Shown: positions 10,658 through 21,942, counted from the first letter of the stretch. The stretch is DNA of 64,000 bases from Bacteroidota bacterium (GCA_040387995.1 JAZKCT010000055.1:5372-69371); one strand, 5' to 3'. A program made the numbers and translations. Notes: generated by a model from the sequence alone, not told the origin.

Positions 10658-12232
10658 ATGGTAGAGGTAAGACCAGACGAAGTATCGGCAATTATCAGGC
10701 AACAATTGGCGGGCTTCAAATCAGAAGCAGAACTTGAGGAAGTTGGTACCGTATTGCAAGTGGGTGATGGTATTGCCCGTGTATATGGCTTAACTAAAGT
10801 TCAATCAGGTGAGTTAGTTGAGTTTGAAAACGGCTTGCAAGGAATTGTTTTGAACCTTGAGGAAGATAATGTTGGAGTGGTTCTTTTGGGCCCTTCAGAC
10901 AATATCAAAGAAGGTGATACGATCAAACGTACCAAGAAAATCGCCTCTATCAAAGTTGGAGAAGGTATGCTGGGCCGTGTTGTAAACACGCTGGGCGAGC
11001 CTATTGACGGTAAAGGTCCGATTCTGGGGCAAACTTACGAAATGCCGATCGAACGTAAAGCTCCCGGTGTAATTTATCGTCAGCCAGTAACTGAGCCTTT
11101 ACAAACTGGTATAAAAGCGATCGACGGTATGATTCCAATCGGACGTGGTCAGCGTGAATTGGTAATCGGTGACCGTCAGATTGGTAAAACTGCTGTTTGT
11201 ATCGATACCATTATCAACCAAAAAGAGTTTTATGAGGCTGGTAACCCGGTATTCTGTATCTATGTGGCTTGCGGACAAAAAGCGAGTACTGTAGCGAACA
11301 TCGTGCGTACACTGGAAGAAAATGGTGCAATGGCATATACTGTGGTTGTAGCTGCTTCTGCCGCTGAGCCTGCTCCATTACAGTTCTATGCACCTTTCTC
11401 TGGTGCAGCTATTGGTGAGTTTTTCCGCGATACGGGAAGGCCTGCATTGATCGTTTATGATGACTTGTCTAAACAGGCTGTAGCTTACCGTGAGGTTTCT
11501 TTACTATTGCGTCGCCCACCAGGTCGTGAGGCTTATCCAGGAGACGTGTTTTATCTGCACAGCCGTTTATTGGAGCGCGCAGCTAAAATCAATTCGAATG
11601 ATGAAATCGCTCAAGCGATGAACGATTTGCCTGAATCATTGAAAGGTATCGTAAAAGGTGGTGGTTCGTTAACAGCCCTTCCAATTATCGAAACTCAGGC
11701 AGGTGACGTTTCTGCTTATATTCCTACTAACGTAATTTCAATTACTGACGGACAGATCTTCCTGGAAAGTAACTTGTTCAACTCTGGTATTCGTCCAGCT
11801 ATTAACGTAGGTATTTCGGTATCACGTGTGGGTGGAAATGCGCAGATCAAATCAATGAAAAAAGTGGCTGGTACCTTGAAACTGGACCAGGCTCAATACC
11901 GCGAATTGGAGGCTTTCTCCAAATTCGGTTCGGATCTGGACGCAGCGACCAAATCTGTATTGGATAAGGGTGCACGTAACGTAGAGATCCTTAAGCAAGG
12001 CCAGTTCTCGCCAATGACAGTGGAGAAGCAAGTTGCGATCATTTATATTGGTACTAAGAACCTGATGCGTTCGGTTCCTGTAAATAAAGTAAAAGAGTTT
12101 GAAGCTGAGTATTTACAACAGCTTGAATTGCGTCATCCGGAAACTTTGAAAGCGCTTAAAGCTGGTAAGTTTGATGATCAAATTACAGGAGTATTGGAAA
12201 CTGTAGCTAAGGAGCTTTCAGGTAAATATTAA
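10658..12232 (+). CDS. atpA: F0F1 ATP synthase subunit alpha
   Basis: [18 protein letters not shown] Walker [27 protein letters not shown]. Confidence 0.99.
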   Translation: MVEVRPDEVSAIIRQQLAGFKSEAELEEVGTVLQVGDGIARVYGLTKVQSGELVEFENGLQGIVLNLEEDNVGVVLLGPSDNIKEGDTIKRTKKIASIKVGEGMLGRVVNTLGEPIDGKGPILGQTYEMPIERKAPGVIYRQPVTEPLQTGIKAIDGMIPIGRGQRELVIGDRQIGKTAVCIDTIINQKEFYEAGNPVFCIYVACGQKASTVANIVRTLEENGAMAYTVVVAASAAEPAPLQFYAPFSGAAIGEFFRDTGRPALIVYDDLSKQAVAYREVSLLLRRPPGREAYPGDVFYLHSRLLERAAKINSNDEIAQAMNDLPESLKGIVKGGGSLTALPIIETQAGDVSAYIPTNVISITDGQIFLESNLFNSGIRPAINVGISVSRVGGNAQIKSMKKVAGTLKLDQAQYRELEAFSKFGSDLDAATKSVLDKGARNVEILKQGQFSPMTVEKQVAIIYIGTKNLMRSVPVNKVKEFEAEYLQQLELRHPETLKALKAGKFDDQITGVLETVAKELSGKY

Positions 12233-12236
12233 TTAG

Positions 12237-13121
12237 ATGGCTAATTTAAAAGAAGTAAGAAACCGTATAGCGTCGGTACAATCTACGCAGCAGATCACCA
12301 AAGCCATGAAGATGGTCTCGGCCGCTAAGTTGAAACGTGCGACCAACGCTATTATACAATTACGTCCTTATGCTACAAAGTTGAAAGAAATCCTTGGAAA
12401 TCTTTCAGCAAGCCTTGAGGGATCTTCATCTCCTTTTATCCAGGAACGTGAGCCTAATAAGGTATTAATCGTAGCAGTTTCTTCTAATCGTGGTTTGGCC
12501 GGAGCATTCAATATGAATGTGATTAAGACTACGAATAACCTGATTGCCGGGAAATACAATGAGCAGTATAAGAACGGTAACGTAAGTATCTTAGCTATTG
12601 GTAAAAAGACTCAGGATTTTTACGAGAAGCGTGGCTATAAAGTAATTGGGAATAACAATGAAGTATATGCTGCACTGACTTTTGAGAATGTGACTAAGAT
12701 TACCGATGCAATTATGGCTGGTTTTGTAAAGGGAGATTTTGATAAGGTTGAATTGGTGTACAACAGGTTTAAAAATGCTGCTGTCCAGATTCTGACAACC
12801 GAGCAATTGCTTCCTCTGCCTAAAGCAGAAGCAGAGGCAAATGACAAGATTTCTTCCAATGTGGATTATATCCTCGAGCCGTCGCAAGAACAGATCGTTG
12901 AGCAGTTGATCCCTAAATCCATTAAAATCCAATTGTACAAAGCGGTGTTGGACTCTCATGCTTCTGAGCATGGGGCACGTATGACGTCCATGGACAAGGC
13001 GACCGAGAATGCGGGTGATTTGCTGAAAGCTTTGAAGCTTTCGTACAACCAGGCCCGTCAGGCTGCAATTACAACAGAGCTTACAGAAATCGTAAGTGGT
13101 GCTGCTGCATTGAACGGTTAG
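12237..13121 (+). CDS. atpG: F0F1 ATP synthase subunit gamma
   Basis: QITKAMKMVSAAKL, RGLAGAFN, SEHGARMTSMDKATENA, RQAAITTELTEIV. Confidence 0.98.
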   Translation: MANLKEVRNRIASVQSTQQITKAMKMVSAAKLKRATNAIIQLRPYATKLKEILGNLSASLEGSSSPFIQEREPNKVLIVAVSSNRGLAGAFNMNVIKTTNNLIAGKYNEQYKNGNVSILAIGKKTQDFYEKRGYKVIGNNNEVYAALTFENVTKITDAIMAGFVKGDFDKVELVYNRFKNAAVQILTTEQLLPLPKAEAEANDKISSNVDYILEPSQEQIVEQLIPKSIKIQLYKAVLDSHASEHGARMTSMDKATENAGDLLKALKLSYNQARQAAITTELTEIVSGAAALNG

Positions 13122-13141
13122 TCTTCCTGACAAATATTAAG

Positions 13142-13174
13142 GCCCTTCGGATTTCATCCGGAGGGCTTTGTTTT
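13142..13174 (+). terminator. Intrinsic terminator after atpG
   Basis: GCCCTTCGGAT-TTC-ATCCGGAGGGC followed by TTTGTTTT. Confidence 0.75.
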
Positions 13175-13230
13175 ATAACTGATTTTTTGAAAAAGATAAC
13201 GCGTACTTGCTTCTTTTATAGAAAAAACAC

Positions 13231-13238
13231 TATTTTTG
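13231..13238 (+). promoter_or_regulatory. Bacteroidota -7 promoter element
   Basis: TATTTTTG, about 20 bp upstream of the ORF at 13260. Confidence 0.5.
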
Positions 13239-13259
13239 CGATGTAAATAATTTATCAGC

Positions 13260-13475
13260 ATGGAACAGACACCAAACCAAAATACCGAGAGCATGAAAAG
13301 GGCTAATGATACTGCGATCTACAGGCTGATGACTGTGGGTATATTAGTCGGAATCGTAGGCGTTTACCTTCGTTTTGCATTTGATTCTACTGCGTTGTCT
13401 ATCGTTTCTTGGGTAATCTTATTGATTGGATCTATCATTGCCTGTAAAGGTGTATTTAAAATATTAAACGCATAA
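13260..13475 (+). CDS. Small two-TM hypothetical membrane protein
   Basis: 71 aa, two hydrophobic helices, preceded by a promoter motif. Confidence 0.7.
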   Translation: MEQTPNQNTESMKRANDTAIYRLMTVGILVGIVGVYLRFAFDSTALSIVSWVILLIGSIIACKGVFKILNA

Positions 13476-13593
13476 GTTTAAAATCTCTTGTTCGGATCCC
13501 CATCAGTATTAAAACTGTTGGGGATTTTTTTTGCGCAAAGGTTACCTATTTCAAGAATTGGTATTAAGGGAAAAACCATTTATAATTAATTTT

Positions 13594-14448
13594 ATGAAGA
13601 AATATTTAATCTATTGTGTATTCGCAATAGTGGCTTTCGGCTGCAACGGAGAAAAAAGAGAAGCCCACAATACTGCAGATACTACAGAGGCGAATCTGGA
13701 AAATAATGATACTTTACTCACGGAGAAAATCATCAAAACAGCAGACATGCGTTTTCGGGTTAAGGATGTACAATCCTCAAAAGAAAAATTGACGGGTATA
13801 ATCCGTAATATGGGGGGAAACCTCTCAGAATTTTCGATACAAAGCAATGTTCAGCAGAGGGAAAAAGTAAAGTATTCAGCAGATTCTCTTCTTGAACTAA
13901 CTGCATACACTACAGAAGGAATGCTGGTGGCTAAGGTGCCTTCTGATAAACTGGATGGTTTTACCAATCAGGTGGTGAAGCTTTCCGTTTTTGTTGACCA
14001 GCAATCGCTTAAAATGGATGACCAAAGTGTCGCTTACCTCGCCAATAAGTTAAAGAACATTAATCGGGCAGAGGCTGTGGAACAACTTAACAAGCATGCT
14101 TCGAAAAAAAGTAATAATGTGGAAACCGCGCTGTTTCTAAAGGACGACTATGTAGACAAAAAAATAGAGAACTTGCTTATTGACAATAAAGTAAAGTACA
14201 GCAATATCACCTTGAATTTTTATCAGGATAATGCCGTGAGAAAACAGTTGGTAGCCAATGATGATCTATACGATTACCGCCCGGGATTCGGGAATAGGAT
14301 CGTGTTAAATCTGCAAAATGGCTGGGTAGTATTTGTCGAGATTATACTGGCGCTGACAAATCTATGGGTATTGATTTTACTTGCTGTAGCAGGCTTCTTC
14401 ATATTCAGACGCTATAAAAGACAAGGCCTGTCTGTAAAAACTACTTAA
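13594..14448 (+). CDS. DUF4349-type lipoprotein with C-terminal TM
   Basis: Start placed at MKKYLIYC..FGC (lipobox); KIIKTADMRFRVKD and YSNITLNFYQ motifs; C-terminal TM helix. Confidence 0.7.
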   Translation: MKKYLIYCVFAIVAFGCNGEKREAHNTADTTEANLENNDTLLTEKIIKTADMRFRVKDVQSSKEKLTGIIRNMGGNLSEFSIQSNVQQREKVKYSADSLLELTAYTTEGMLVAKVPSDKLDGFTNQVVKLSVFVDQQSLKMDDQSVAYLANKLKNINRAEAVEQLNKHASKKSNNVETALFLKDDYVDKKIENLLIDNKVKYSNITLNFYQDNAVRKQLVANDDLYDYRPGFGNRIVLNLQNGWVVFVEIILALTNLWVLILLAVAGFFIFRRYKRQGLSVKTT

Positions 14449-15004
14449 CCCTTTTGGCGTTACCTTTTGCAAAAGCTTCCCAGCCGGAGTAACTTTTGCC
14501 TGTGCCGGTGGTACTAATCCGTTGAAAAGAATGGCAGACTGCTACCGATAGGCCGTCGGTAGCGTCTAAAAATTCAGGGGTTTCCTTAAAATTCAGGAGC
14601 CGCTGAAGCATGGCTGCTACTTGTTCTTTACTTGTGTTACCCTTTCCAGTAATGGATTGTTTGATCTTTCTGGGTGCATATTCGACCACAGGAATGTTTC
14701 TGGACAGGGCTGCTGCCATTGCAATGCCCTGCGCTCTGCCCAATTTGAGCATGACTTGTATATTTTTACCATAGAAGGGGGCTTCCAGGGCCAATACATC
14801 GGGTTTGTATTCATCCAGTAGCGCAAGGGTCTTTTCAAAGATACGCTGAAGTTTCAGGAAATGATCGTCAAGGTGATCCATTCTTACAATGCCCATTGTA
14901 ATGAGGTCAATTTTACTTCCTTTCTCCAGGATAATGCCGTAACCCATGATTGCCGTTCCGGGATCTATTCCCATGATCACCCTTTCCTTTTTTTCAACCA
15001 ACAT
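14441..15004 (-). CDS. ruvC: Holliday junction resolvase RuvC
   Basis: MGIDPGT..MGYGII, LALEAPFYGKN..V.LKLGRAQG, DATDGLSVAVCH. Confidence 0.96.
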   Translation of the reverse strand: MLVEKKERVIMGIDPGTAIMGYGIILEKGSKIDLITMGIVRMDHLDDHFLKLQRIFEKTLALLDEYKPDVLALEAPFYGKNIQVMLKLGRAQGIAMAAALSRNIPVVEYAPRKIKQSITGKGNTSKEQVAAMLQRLLNFKETPEFLDATDGLSVAVCHSFQRISTTGTGKSYSGWEAFAKGNAKRVK

Positions 15005-15023
15005 AGCACAATATTAAGCATAT

Positions 15024-16025
15024 TTGCACACAGTGGACAGAAAAAAATTGACATTATCCAACAAGAAAACACTTTCCTTTTTGCTGAAGGCAGTAATAGT
15101 TGTGTTTGCCTTTTGGTTTATCTACCATAAGTTGACAGCTAACGAAAATCTGCTTAATTTTAAAATGCTGATTAGTAAGCTACCTCAGGCGGAAATCGCC
15201 ATTGTACTTTCAATTGTCCTGATACTCATGTTGGCAAATTGGGGTCTTGAAGCGATAAAGTGGAAGCGACTAATCGCTCAGGTGGAGCAAATTTCACTAT
15301 GGCGAGCTATTGAGTCTGTTTTTTGTGGGCTTACCTGGGCTGTCTTTACACCGAACCGGATCGGAGAATATGGCGGGAGAATCTTTTTTTTGCCCCCTAA
15401 AAGACGAATTGTCGGTATTGTTGCAATGGCAGTGGGCAATATTGGCCAAATGGTTTTAACCAACGTTTTCGGCGCTATTGCGCTATGTGTGTTTATTTAT
15501 AGGTTTACAAGTATTGATTACCGGCTTTTTTATGCGTTGAGCGTCTTGTCTGGTATGTTTTGCCTTTTTTTTATCGTGTTCTATTTCAATATAAAATGGC
15601 TGAACGGACTTTTACTTTCGGTGAGGTTTACGAGAAAATACAAGAAATTTTACAGCATACTCGCCAGATATAAAAAGCAGGAGCTACTCAAAATTCTTCT
15701 TTTTTGTCTGGCGAGGTACGCCGTATTCAGTACACAGTATTTCATACTTTTTAATTGGTTGATTCCAGAGATACATTATTTGGATATTTTGATGATGGTA
15801 AGCATCATGTTCTTTGTCCAGTCAAGCCTGCCTTCTCTTGACCTCTTTGATATCGGTGTAAGAAGTGTTACGGCGTCCTATTTCTTCAAATCTGTGACTG
15901 ATCAGGAAGTCGCAGTAATAGCCTGTACAGCCATCATCTGGCTTGTAAATATTATAATTCCCGCTATCTTAGGCGTATATTTTGTTTTTAAACTCAGATT
16001 TTTTGGAAATATTCAGCATAATTAA
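15024..16025 (+). CDS. Lysylphosphatidylglycerol synthase TM / flippase-like membrane protein
   Basis: NWGLEAIKWKRL, FTPNRIGEYGGRI motifs, multi-TM. Confidence 0.75.
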   Translation: MHTVDRKKLTLSNKKTLSFLLKAVIVVFAFWFIYHKLTANENLLNFKMLISKLPQAEIAIVLSIVLILMLANWGLEAIKWKRLIAQVEQISLWRAIESVFCGLTWAVFTPNRIGEYGGRIFFLPPKRRIVGIVAMAVGNIGQMVLTNVFGAIALCVFIYRFTSIDYRLFYALSVLSGMFCLFFIVFYFNIKWLNGLLLSVRFTRKYKKFYSILARYKKQELLKILLFCLARYAVFSTQYFILFNWLIPEIHYLDILMMVSIMFFVQSSLPSLDLFDIGVRSVTASYFFKSVTDQEVAVIACTAIIWLVNIIIPAILGVYFVFKLRFFGNIQHN

Positions 16026-17145
16026 ATTCATATCCATTTTTCTAACTGTCTATTATCTGGTTGTAGTCTCTTCATTTATAAGAGGCTGGCATAAGATAAA
16101 AAACAGCAGTGAGCCCATAGAAAAATTAGACGGAACAACTATGGTAACCGTGATCATCGCGGCCCGGAACGAGGAAGGGAGCATAGCTAAAACATTAGAC
16201 GATCTTGTCGCACAGCGCTATCCTAAAGCCTTAACCGAAATTATATTCGTAGATGACCATTCGACAGACCGTACTTCTGAAATTATTAAATCTTATGCCA
16301 AACATGGGATCAAGTTAATCGTTCTTAACGAAGACAGCGCCTTGAATTCCTATAAAAAGATGGCGATTCAAAGGGCAATAGGTCAGTCAAGCGGACAACT
16401 AATCATTACGACAGATGCGGATTGCAGAATGGGGCATAACTGGATACAGACGATAGTCACTTTTTATGAAGCAAATCGTTTTAAAATGATTTCCTCCCCT
16501 GTGTCTTTTTTTGAAGAGCGAAATTACTTTGAAAAGGCCCAGTCGCTTGAGTTTCTTTATTTGATTGGTCTCGGTGCCTCCACTATCGGTAATGAAAAGC
16601 CGTCAACCTGCAATGGGGCCAATCTCGCCTATGAAAAGCAAGCTTTTTACGAAGTTGGAGGATTCAAAGGCATCGATGAACTTGCATCCGGTGATGATGA
16701 GTTGTTACTTCATAAAATGGCTGCCAGATTCGAAAAAGGCATCGGCTTTTTAAAAAGTGAAGACGCCATGGTTTATACCCATGCAAAGCGCACACTAGCA
16801 GAGTTCTTACAGCAAAGGAAACGATGGGCTTCTAAAAGCACTAAATACAAGAACAAAGCTATAATCGTGCTTGGCGTAGGGGTCTGGTTGTTCAACCTAA
16901 GTATATTGGTTAATATTCTGCTTGCATTCGTGGACGTAGGTTATTTGAAGATTGCGCTTGGTCAACTTGCATCAAAAGCATTGTTTGAATTTGTGTTCCT
17001 ATATGGCGTTACAAAATTCGCCAATAGAAGAGCATTGTTAGTCCTCCAGCCTATACTGAGTGTGTCACATATTGTTTATATTATCTATATTGGCATTGCC
17101 GGAAACACTGGTAAATATAACTGGAAAGGCAGGATGGTAAGATAA
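15982..17145 (+). CDS. Glycosyltransferase family 2 (membrane-bound); exact start uncertain
   Basis: VIIAARNEE, VDDHSTD, TTDADC, SGDDELLL, QRKRW motifs. Confidence 0.9.
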   Translation: MFLNSDFLEIFSIIKFISIFLTVYYLVVVSSFIRGWHKIKNSSEPIEKLDGTTMVTVIIAARNEEGSIAKTLDDLVAQRYPKALTEIIFVDDHSTDRTSEIIKSYAKHGIKLIVLNEDSALNSYKKMAIQRAIGQSSGQLIITTDADCRMGHNWIQTIVTFYEANRFKMISSPVSFFEERNYFEKAQSLEFLYLIGLGASTIGNEKPSTCNGANLAYEKQAFYEVGGFKGIDELASGDDELLLHKMAARFEKGIGFLKSEDAMVYTHAKRTLAEFLQQRKRWASKSTKYKNKAIIVLGVGVWLFNLSILVNILLAFVDVGYLKIALGQLASKALFEFVFLYGVTKFANRRALLVLQPILSVSHIVYIIYIGIAGNTGKYNWKGRMVR

Positions 17146-18236
17146 TGACAGCGTATCATAAACCTTCACAACGTATATGGAATAGATTCAGGAAAAATAT
17201 ATTGGCCCTGGGCGGACTTTCCTTTGTCTTGTTTTTGTTACTGGTCGGCATTTTGGGTTATCAAATCACGCCGGATCAAACCCCATATGCCAATACGATG
17301 CACATACAGATTAGAAATAAAAAGCCCGGAAGGGTTTTTACGTTTTTAGTCATTGGCAAAAACCCACAATTTAAAAAGATAGGAATTTTAGAAAAAATGC
17401 TTTATGGACAAGAAGCCGAATTCAAAAGTATTCCTATAACATCCTATAGAGTCATAAAAAACAAGAGCTACGTCAGGGAATACATTGGAGATGACGAAGT
17501 CGCCGAAGAAAAGGTCTATCCTCGATTAGGGCATGACTCAACTTATTCGAAAACGTATTGGTTGGGTACAGACAGTTATGGCCGAGATCTGTTAAGCAGG
17601 CTGATTATAGGTGTACGGGTATCCTTATCCGTAGGGCTTCTGGCCGTATTGATTTCATTACTAATTGGCGTCGGTCTGGGTGCAATAGCCGGATATTTTG
17701 GTGGTAAAACCGACGCCTTCATCAGCTGGTTTATGAATGTAATCTGGTCGCTACCCTCACTGTTGCTTGTCATTGCCATTTCATTTGCACTAGGAAAAGG
17801 CTTCTGGCAGATCTTCATTGCGGTTGGTTTGTCAACCTGGGTAGATGTAGCCAGGTTGGTGAGAGGCCAGGTAATGGCACTTAAAGAAGTGGGATTTGTA
17901 GAGGCATCCAAGGCATTGGGTTATTCCACCCCCCGAATTATCACCAGGCATATTTTACCAAATATTGCCGGTCCGATACTTGTCATGGCTTCCGCTAATT
18001 TTGCATCAGCAATTTTGCTTGAGACAGGGCTGAGTTTTTTGGGTTTCGGCGCGCAGCCACCTATGCCAAGCTGGGGAGCTATGATCAAAGAGCATTATGC
18101 GTACATCATTATGGATGCGGCCTATCTTGCGATTATACCAGGCCTTGCAATCATGTTGACAGTTTATGCATTTAATCTTTTAGCGACTGGACTGAGAGAT
18201 GCATTTGACGTAAAATCGCAAAATATTTCATTTTAG
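17145..18236 (+). CDS. ABC transporter permease (OppC/DppC-like)
   Basis: WLGTDSYGRDLLSRL, EAA loop FVEASKALGY...IITRHILPN, LSFLGFG...PSWGAMI. Confidence 0.88.
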   Translation: MTAYHKPSQRIWNRFRKNILALGGLSFVLFLLLVGILGYQITPDQTPYANTMHIQIRNKKPGRVFTFLVIGKNPQFKKIGILEKMLYGQEAEFKSIPITSYRVIKNKSYVREYIGDDEVAEEKVYPRLGHDSTYSKTYWLGTDSYGRDLLSRLIIGVRVSLSVGLLAVLISLLIGVGLGAIAGYFGGKTDAFISWFMNVIWSLPSLLLVIAISFALGKGFWQIFIAVGLSTWVDVARLVRGQVMALKEVGFVEASKALGYSTPRIITRHILPNIAGPILVMASANFASAILLETGLSFLGFGAQPPMPSWGAMIKEHYAYIIMDAAYLAIIPGLAIMLTVYAFNLLATGLRDAFDVKSQNISF

Positions 18237-18252
18237 CCTGCCATATAATCCT

Positions 18253-18260
18253 TAAATTTG
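18253..18260 (+). promoter_or_regulatory. Bacteroidota -7 promoter element
   Basis: TAAATTTG just upstream of rnhB. Confidence 0.45.
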
Positions 18261-18267
18261 TAGTCTC

Positions 18268-18867
18268 ATGTTATTACATTGTTATCAAAACGAGTTCCTG
18301 GAAGCAGGCTGTGATGAGGCTGGCCGCGGCTGTCTTGCGGGACCGGTATTTGCTGCTGCTGTTATACTTCCTCCGAATTTCCTGGCGGGTGAACTCAATG
18401 ATTCTAAAAAATTAAGCCATAAGCAGCGTTGCAGTTTACGGGTCATTATCGAAAAAGAAGCCATCGCCTGGGCGGTAGCAGAAGTAGATAATATAGAGAT
18501 CGATCAGATCAATATACTAAATGCGTCATTCCTGGCCATGCACCGTGCGGTTGAAAAATTAGCCATACAACCGAAGTATCTGAGCATTGATGGCAATCGT
18601 TTTAAAGCCTATCCCGGCATTCCTCATGCCTGTGTGATAAAGGGAGATGGGAAATACCTCAATATAGCAGCGGCCTCTATCCTCGCAAAGACACACCGGG
18701 ACGAATATATGGAGAAAGTATCCGGAACATACCCAAATTACCAATGGCATCAAAATAAGGGATATCCTACTGTTGTGCACAGAAATGCAGCACTAGAGCA
18801 CGGTCTGTCCCCCCTTCATAGAAAAACTTTCAATATCAGCGACCCGCAACTTGAGCTATTTTCGTAG
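18268..18867 (+). CDS. rnhB: Ribonuclease HII
   Basis: GCDEAGRGCLAGPV, LNDSKKL, IDGN, KGDGKY..IAAASILAKT.RD. Confidence 0.96.
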   Translation: MLLHCYQNEFLEAGCDEAGRGCLAGPVFAAAVILPPNFLAGELNDSKKLSHKQRCSLRVIIEKEAIAWAVAEVDNIEIDQINILNASFLAMHRAVEKLAIQPKYLSIDGNRFKAYPGIPHACVIKGDGKYLNIAAASILAKTHRDEYMEKVSGTYPNYQWHQNKGYPTVVHRNAALEHGLSPLHRKTFNISDPQLELFS

Positions 18868-18896
18868 AACAGAGTAGAAATCGTATTTTCACACTG

Positions 18897-20099
18897 TTGA
18901 AAACACTGATTCTTACCAGCAGAGTTCCGTTTCCTGTCAATAGCGGATACCCAATAGTAGTTTACAATACTATAAAGGGATTGCTACAACTTGGCGTTGA
19001 AATAACTTTGTTCAGCATTAATACCAGCAAACATCAGGTAGATGTTGATGACATTTACGATCCCGTCTTTGATAATATCCGCTTTCATTCCTTTGACCTG
19101 GATACAGAAGTAAATGTTTGGGGGGCGTTTTTCAATATATTTTCTAATCAGTCCTACAACGTTTCCAGGTTCTTTGACGATGATGCAGCCAGGATGCTGG
19201 AGGAAATACTTAGAGAAACAGAATTTGACATCATTCAGTTTGAGGGGCTTTTTATTGTACCCTACCTGGATGTGGTAAAGTCCAATAGCAAAGCAAAGCT
19301 CATTTACCGTGCCCATAATATCGAATTCGAAGTATGGGAACGCATCGCTATGACAGAGGGCTTTACACCCAGAAGGCGCTATCTGCAATTTCTTGCAAGG
19401 CGGTTAAAAGTTTATGAAACAGAACAGATTGATCGCTTTCATCAGATTTTTGCAATCAGTGAGCAGGACAGGCAAAGCATGCTTAGATTTGGCGGACAAG
19501 CGGGCATAGAGGTTGTCCCGGTGGCGCTTGATTTTAGCAAGTATATCCATGACGCTTCTAAAACCAGCTTTCCGACATTGTTTCATCTCGGGGCAATGGA
19601 CTGGCGTCCCAATAAAGAAGGACTGGAGTGGTTTTTAAATGAGATCTGGCCGGATATAGAAACCCTCAGCAGCGAACTGCGTTTTTATATTGCTGGTAAA
19701 CATATGCAGCAGGAATTTTTTGAATATGATTCAGAAAACCTGGTAGTAGAGGGGGAAGTATTTGATGCCGTCGAGTTTATCAATTCAAAAGCGATCATGA
19801 TCGTGCCCTTACTTTCGGGTAGTGGCATGCGGGTAAAGATTATCGAAGGAATGGCCATGAGTAAATGCATCATTGCTACGAGTATGGCAGCTGAAGGAAT
19901 CAGATGCGTACACGGCAGAGATATTCTGATTGCAGATACTGCAGATGAATTTTACAGATCTATTCTCCAATGCATCACCAATCCAACCAAATGGAGAGAT
20001 ATTGGTGAACATGCCCGAAAAACAGTGGAGCGGGACCACGACATCAATATTATTTCAGAAAGAATCCTCAATATCTATCACAGATTACTTGCTGGGTAA
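18897..20099 (+). CDS. Glycosyltransferase family 4
   Basis: HNIEFEVW, MDWRPNKEGL..F, GSGMRVKIIEGMA GT-B motifs; TTG start. Confidence 0.88.
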   Translation: MKTLILTSRVPFPVNSGYPIVVYNTIKGLLQLGVEITLFSINTSKHQVDVDDIYDPVFDNIRFHSFDLDTEVNVWGAFFNIFSNQSYNVSRFFDDDAARMLEEILRETEFDIIQFEGLFIVPYLDVVKSNSKAKLIYRAHNIEFEVWERIAMTEGFTPRRRYLQFLARRLKVYETEQIDRFHQIFAISEQDRQSMLRFGGQAGIEVVPVALDFSKYIHDASKTSFPTLFHLGAMDWRPNKEGLEWFLNEIWPDIETLSSELRFYIAGKHMQQEFFEYDSENLVVEGEVFDAVEFINSKAIMIVPLLSGSGMRVKIIEGMAMSKCIIATSMAAEGIRCVHGRDILIADTADEFYRSILQCITNPTKWRDIGEHARKTVERDHDINIISERILNIYHRLLAG

Positions 20100-20107
20100 A
20101 ATTTGCG

Positions 20108-20115
20108 TATTTTTG
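20108..20115 (+). promoter_or_regulatory. Bacteroidota -7 promoter element for gcvT
   Basis: TATTTTTG, 23 bp before the ATG at 20139. Confidence 0.5.
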
Positions 20116-20138
20116 CCCACGTTTTACAGAAAGATATT

Positions 20139-21218
20139 ATGAAGAATACCGCATTAACAGAAAAACACATTTCACTGGGTGCTAAAATGGTACCTTTTGC
20201 AGGATATAACATGCCCGTTCAATACGAAGGGATCAATGCAGAGCATGCCGTGGTAAGAAACGGTGTGGGCGTATTTGATGTAAGTCATATGGGTGAATTT
20301 ATTTTGAAAGGCGATAATGCCCTCGATTTAATTCAACGTGTAACCAGCAATGATGCCTCAAAATTATACGATGGAAAAGTGCAGTATTCCTGCCTTCCCA
20401 ACGAAGACGGAGGTATAGTCGACGATCTGTTGGTTTATCGCATTGACGAAAAAACCTATATGCTGGTTGTAAATGCTTCCAATATTGATAAGGACTGGAA
20501 CTGGATCCAAAAATTTAACGACAAAGGAGTGGAGATGCACAACATTTCTGACAAAACCTCCTTGCTGGCGATTCAGGGTCCCAAAGCGGCCGAGGCGCTG
20601 CAAAGTCTGACTGATGTAAATCTTGCGGCTATGGAATATTATAGTTTTGTGAAAGGTAGTTTTGCCGGAATAGACAATGTTGTGATCTCCGCAACAGGCT
20701 ATACCGGAGCAGGAGGATTTGAGATCTATTTTGACAATGAACATGCGAATTCGATATGGGAGGCTATTTTTGCTGCAGGATCGTCACTTGATATCAAGCC
20801 GATTGGTCTGGGTGCAAGGGACACGCTGCGCTTGGAAATGGGCTTTTGTTTGTACGGAAATGACATTGACGATACCACTTCACCGATTACTGCCGGCCTG
20901 GGCTGGATCACCAAATTCACCAAGCAATTTACGAACTCAGCAGCTTTGCTTGCACAAAAAGAGGCCGGAGTAGCGCAAAAGCTTGTTGGTTTTGAAATGA
21001 TTGAAAGGGGAATTCCGCGTCATGATTATGAGATTGTTAATGCTGAGGGTGTATCAATCGGGAAAGTTACTTCAGGAACGCAATCACCTTCTCTGCAAAA
21101 GGCAATCGGGATGGGGTATGTTGCTAAAGAAATGGCCAAAGAAGGAACAGAGATTTATATTAGCATCCGTAATGCAAGAATTAAAGCCCGTATAGTTAAG
21201 TTTCCTTTTTACAAGTAA
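20139..21218 (+). CDS. gcvT: Glycine cleavage system aminomethyltransferase T
   Basis: [41 protein letters not shown]; start placed at MKNT. Confidence 0.97.
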   Translation: MKNTALTEKHISLGAKMVPFAGYNMPVQYEGINAEHAVVRNGVGVFDVSHMGEFILKGDNALDLIQRVTSNDASKLYDGKVQYSCLPNEDGGIVDDLLVYRIDEKTYMLVVNASNIDKDWNWIQKFNDKGVEMHNISDKTSLLAIQGPKAAEALQSLTDVNLAAMEYYSFVKGSFAGIDNVVISATGYTGAGGFEIYFDNEHANSIWEAIFAAGSSLDIKPIGLGARDTLRLEMGFCLYGNDIDDTTSPITAGLGWITKFTKQFTNSAALLAQKEAGVAQKLVGFEMIERGIPRHDYEIVNAEGVSIGKVTSGTQSPSLQKAIGMGYVAKEMAKEGTEIYISIRNARIKARIVKFPFYK

Positions 21219-21228
21219 AAAACAGACA

Positions 21229-21939
21229 ATGCCTAAACGTATCGAAGTTTGTCTAACCCCTGCATTACTTCATCTTTATGATATCAGCGAGAGTATAGTC
21301 GTCGTCATCGATGTGCTCAGAGCCACCTCGTCCATGGTCTATGGAATTGATAACGGGGCTACCGCGATTATACCTGTGGCGCAGGTCGAGGATTGTCTCG
21401 GCTATGCTGACAAAGGATTCCTCTTGGCCGCAGAACGCGATGGCTGTGTGGTAGAGGGCTATGACTTTGGCAATTCGCCCTTTTCCTATTCCAGAGACAA
21501 AATTGAAGGAAAGACCATAGTGCTAACCACTACAAACGGAACAAAAGCGCTACATATGGCCAGAGAAAGCGCCAGTCAGGTAGTTGTTGGGGCTTTCTTA
21601 AATCTCGATGCGCTGTGTGAGTGGTTAAAAGTTCAGGATAAGAGCGTATTGTTGCTTTGCGCAGGCTGGAAAGACCAGTTCAACATTGAAGATACCTTAT
21701 TTGCTGGTGCTGTAGTAGCCGAGTTAAGAAAGGAATTTACGCATTATGACGATTCATCTGTGGCAGCCGAAGATTTGTATTTACTGGCAAAAGACGATCT
21801 GAGAACTTATCTTCATAAATCATCACATAGTCACCGTTTGGCCGAACTGAATATAGAAGAAGATGTCAGGTTTTGCCTGCAATTAAACCTTTGCAAGGCC
21901 ATTCCAGTTCTTGTAGGCGATGCACTGGTTGCTTTGTAA
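21229..21939 (+). CDS. comB: 2-phosphosulfolactate phosphatase family protein
   Basis: VIDVLRATS, AAERDG, FGNSP, TTTNGT, EDTLFAG. Confidence 0.9.
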   Translation: MPKRIEVCLTPALLHLYDISESIVVVIDVLRATSSMVYGIDNGATAIIPVAQVEDCLGYADKGFLLAAERDGCVVEGYDFGNSPFSYSRDKIEGKTIVLTTTNGTKALHMARESASQVVVGAFLNLDALCEWLKVQDKSVLLLCAGWKDQFNIEDTLFAGAVVAELRKEFTHYDDSSVAAEDLYLLAKDDLRTYLHKSSHSHRLAELNIEEDVRFCLQLNLCKAIPVLVGDALVAL

Positions 21940-21942
21940 AAC

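Noticed and set aside
12591-13133. 180-aa antisense ORF over atpG, and other long antisense ORFs (e.g. 1798-2232, 42210-42743, 27850-28311, 22077-22556)
   Set aside because: They lie opposite well-conserved genes, show no recognisable motifs, and are explained as shadow frames.
21229-21939. comB without other coenzyme M genes
   Set aside because: Orphan ComB-family phosphatases are widespread in bacteria; no sign of a special pathway here.
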